DNA of 10,448 nucleotides from NCBI GenBank assembly GCA_905251635.1, contig CAJNOT010001887.1, positions 10,489 to 20,936 of the forward strand. Direction: 5' to 3'. Made by a program: the position numbers and the translations under genes. This DNA is from Rotaria sordida (lineage: Eukaryota). Of this stretch, positions 8,800 to 10,448 are shown in pieces. The notes under the pieces were generated by a model. The model worked only from the letters and a program-made list of their open reading frames with translations, had not been told where the DNA came from and made no database searches. Numbering within the stretch: position 1 is the first letter of the stretch; each line of letters starts with the position of its first letter.

Positions 8800-9850
8800 T
8801 AAATAAAAGATAATAAATATGATAAATATGATTATATAATTTTAGAAATTACAGTTTAATTATTTATTATAATGAATTTAAGAATGGAATACTTAAAAAA
8901 GGTTATGAAAAAGTGCGATTATCAGATGAATAGAAATATAATAGTAAGATTGATGATGAAACATTCAATAGTCTTGGAAGTATTCTTAAACTTATAGCTG
9001 AGTGTATAGGTCAAAGATAAAATCAGAATCAATGTGAAGTGATTTTTATTGATTTATTTGAAAAATATTTTTCAAATCTTAATTTTACTAAAAGAAAGAG
9101 TTACTAAACTTATTTTGCATCGAAAATTAATATCAACAATTGATCCTTTATTTAAATAAGATCATCATTATACAAATTCCAATAAACACGATCTGAACAT
9201 AAAAATAACTGATTGCATTTCATCGAAAATTATTTTTGATCATAGTTAAAACAATACTTTATTTCAATTCACTTATAACTGACTTAATTAGAAAATTAGA
9301 AGAATAGCACAACTTAATGGAGAACATATTTTTGTATGAAAAATTAAATGATAATCAAATAGAATTCTAGGCAAAATTGATCTTAATGGTATTATTGCAT
9401 CATTCATGTAAAGAAGAATTCAAACAACGATATTAAAAACTTTACATGACATTAAAATCAATAACTTAAAAGAAGATATGACTTGAGTTTTTATGATAAG
9501 AAAAAATGATATAAAAATATGTGAAGAAATCAATTTCGTTTATGAACAACAGATAATCCATAAAAGAAAAGTTTCAACTTAAATTAAATGAAGATATTTT
9601 ATTAGGTGAAAAAATTATTATAAATAATATTGAGTTTAGAAAATAGTTTAACTATTGGAGTAATTGTATTCGTTAAGATACTTCGACTAAAGAGATAAGA
9701 AATGAATTTTTTTGAGTTAAAATTTTGCAAGATTCTAAAAATGATTACGAACGAAAAGTCTATTTCATTACACTATGAATATAAATATTGGTGCTGATTA
9801 TTTAAACCGATTTTCTACTTATTTACAAATTTTGAATTCAAGTTAGAATT
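8800..9850. other. Long AT-rich, ORF-poor non-coding tract (approximate bounds)
   Basis: Visual inspection shows strongly AT-rich sequence. No ORF in the supplied track lies between 8642 and 9849. Confidence 0.5.
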
Positions 9851-10021
9851 GATTCAAGGAAAACAAAGTACTACAAAAGTTATTAATTATTTTCTTGATT
9901 TTGGTATAGGATTTTCTAAGTTATTAAAAATTTTTCAAAAATATCATTCGTCTAGCATGCATTCGAAATTTCATGAAAATTACAAATTGCTTTGCGAAGA
10001 GGATTTTTTGAAGAAAATATT

Positions 10022-10085
10022 GGGTGTGGGTATCAGTATGGGTATGAAAAGGAATAACTGAATCATATTAACAATTACACCCACA
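10022..10085. repeat. Third, degenerate telomere-like G-rich/C-rich inverted pair
   Basis: GGGTGTGGGTATCAGTATGGGTATG (10022-10046), degenerate 6-nt units, followed by ACACCCACA at 10077-10085. Confidence 0.4.
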
Positions 10086-10448
10086 TTGTTGGATGGCAGA
10101 ACCAGAGACAGAATGCAGAAGTGCAAGTCATACAGATTTAGCAAACTACTGTGTTCAACTTTATAGACAGGCGGAACGCAGTGTTTAAAAGTTTTGCATT
10201 TAAAAATGTATATTTGCCATAAAACCATCGTCATTATTGACTCTTCTATCCTTATGATAGATAGAACTCCTCAAATACTTGTGTCAAATTGTATTTGAAA
10301 TCATATTAATATCGGCATATATAATGAAAAATCCCGCCATCCCGTATACGGAACACTCGGCACGAATGAGTTAAAAAGCGAAAGCTGCTGCTAAGGAAAT
10401 AATGAAGAGAGTTGGTTGTAAAAGTACTTGAAGGTGTAGTTTATGGTA

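Noticed and set aside
9849-10061. Plus-strand 70-aa ORF (MIQGKQSTTKVINYFLDF...)
   Set aside because: It sits at the edge of the AT-rich tract, resembles no family I recognise, and its C-terminus is the degenerate GGGTGT repeat. Likely chance.
9980-10234. Minus-strand 84-aa ORF
   Set aside because: It spans the telomere-like repeat region and has no recognisable motif. I cannot support it as coding.

Overview
This window looks like a eukaryotic locus, most plausibly from a bdelloid rotifer. That inference rests on 54-61 bp GT-AG introns, TGTGGG-type telomere-like repeats and the gene families present; it is not proven. All recognisable coding material is on the minus strand. (1) A 5'-partial gene (66-529, open at the left window edge) encodes an N-terminal hydrophobic segment followed by a C-type-lectin-like domain start. 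(2) A complete 10-exon gene (3819-6452) can be reconstructed. It has an F-box-like N-terminus and ribonuclease-inhibitor-type LRRs. Its defining feature is a run of seven exons of exactly 84 nt, each encoding one 28-aa LRR, all with phase-0 junctions and tiny introns. (3) A decayed seven-transmembrane (rhodopsin-like) receptor pseudogene lies at about 7852-8731, with at least four in-frame stops and at least two frame changes. The non-coding parts contain three loci where a G-rich TGTGGG-like tract is followed closely by its C-rich complement (2784-2890, 7209-7268, 10022-10085), in the orientation of two abutting chromosome ends. They also contain a 60-bp hairpin with 8-bp terminal inverted repeats and 10-bp flanking direct repeats (2086-2165), and a long AT-rich ORF-poor tract (about 8800-9850). 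I see no CRISPR array, prokaryotic defence system, rRNA or convincing tRNA. The telomere-like inverted pairs and the modular LRR exon array are the most interesting signals.
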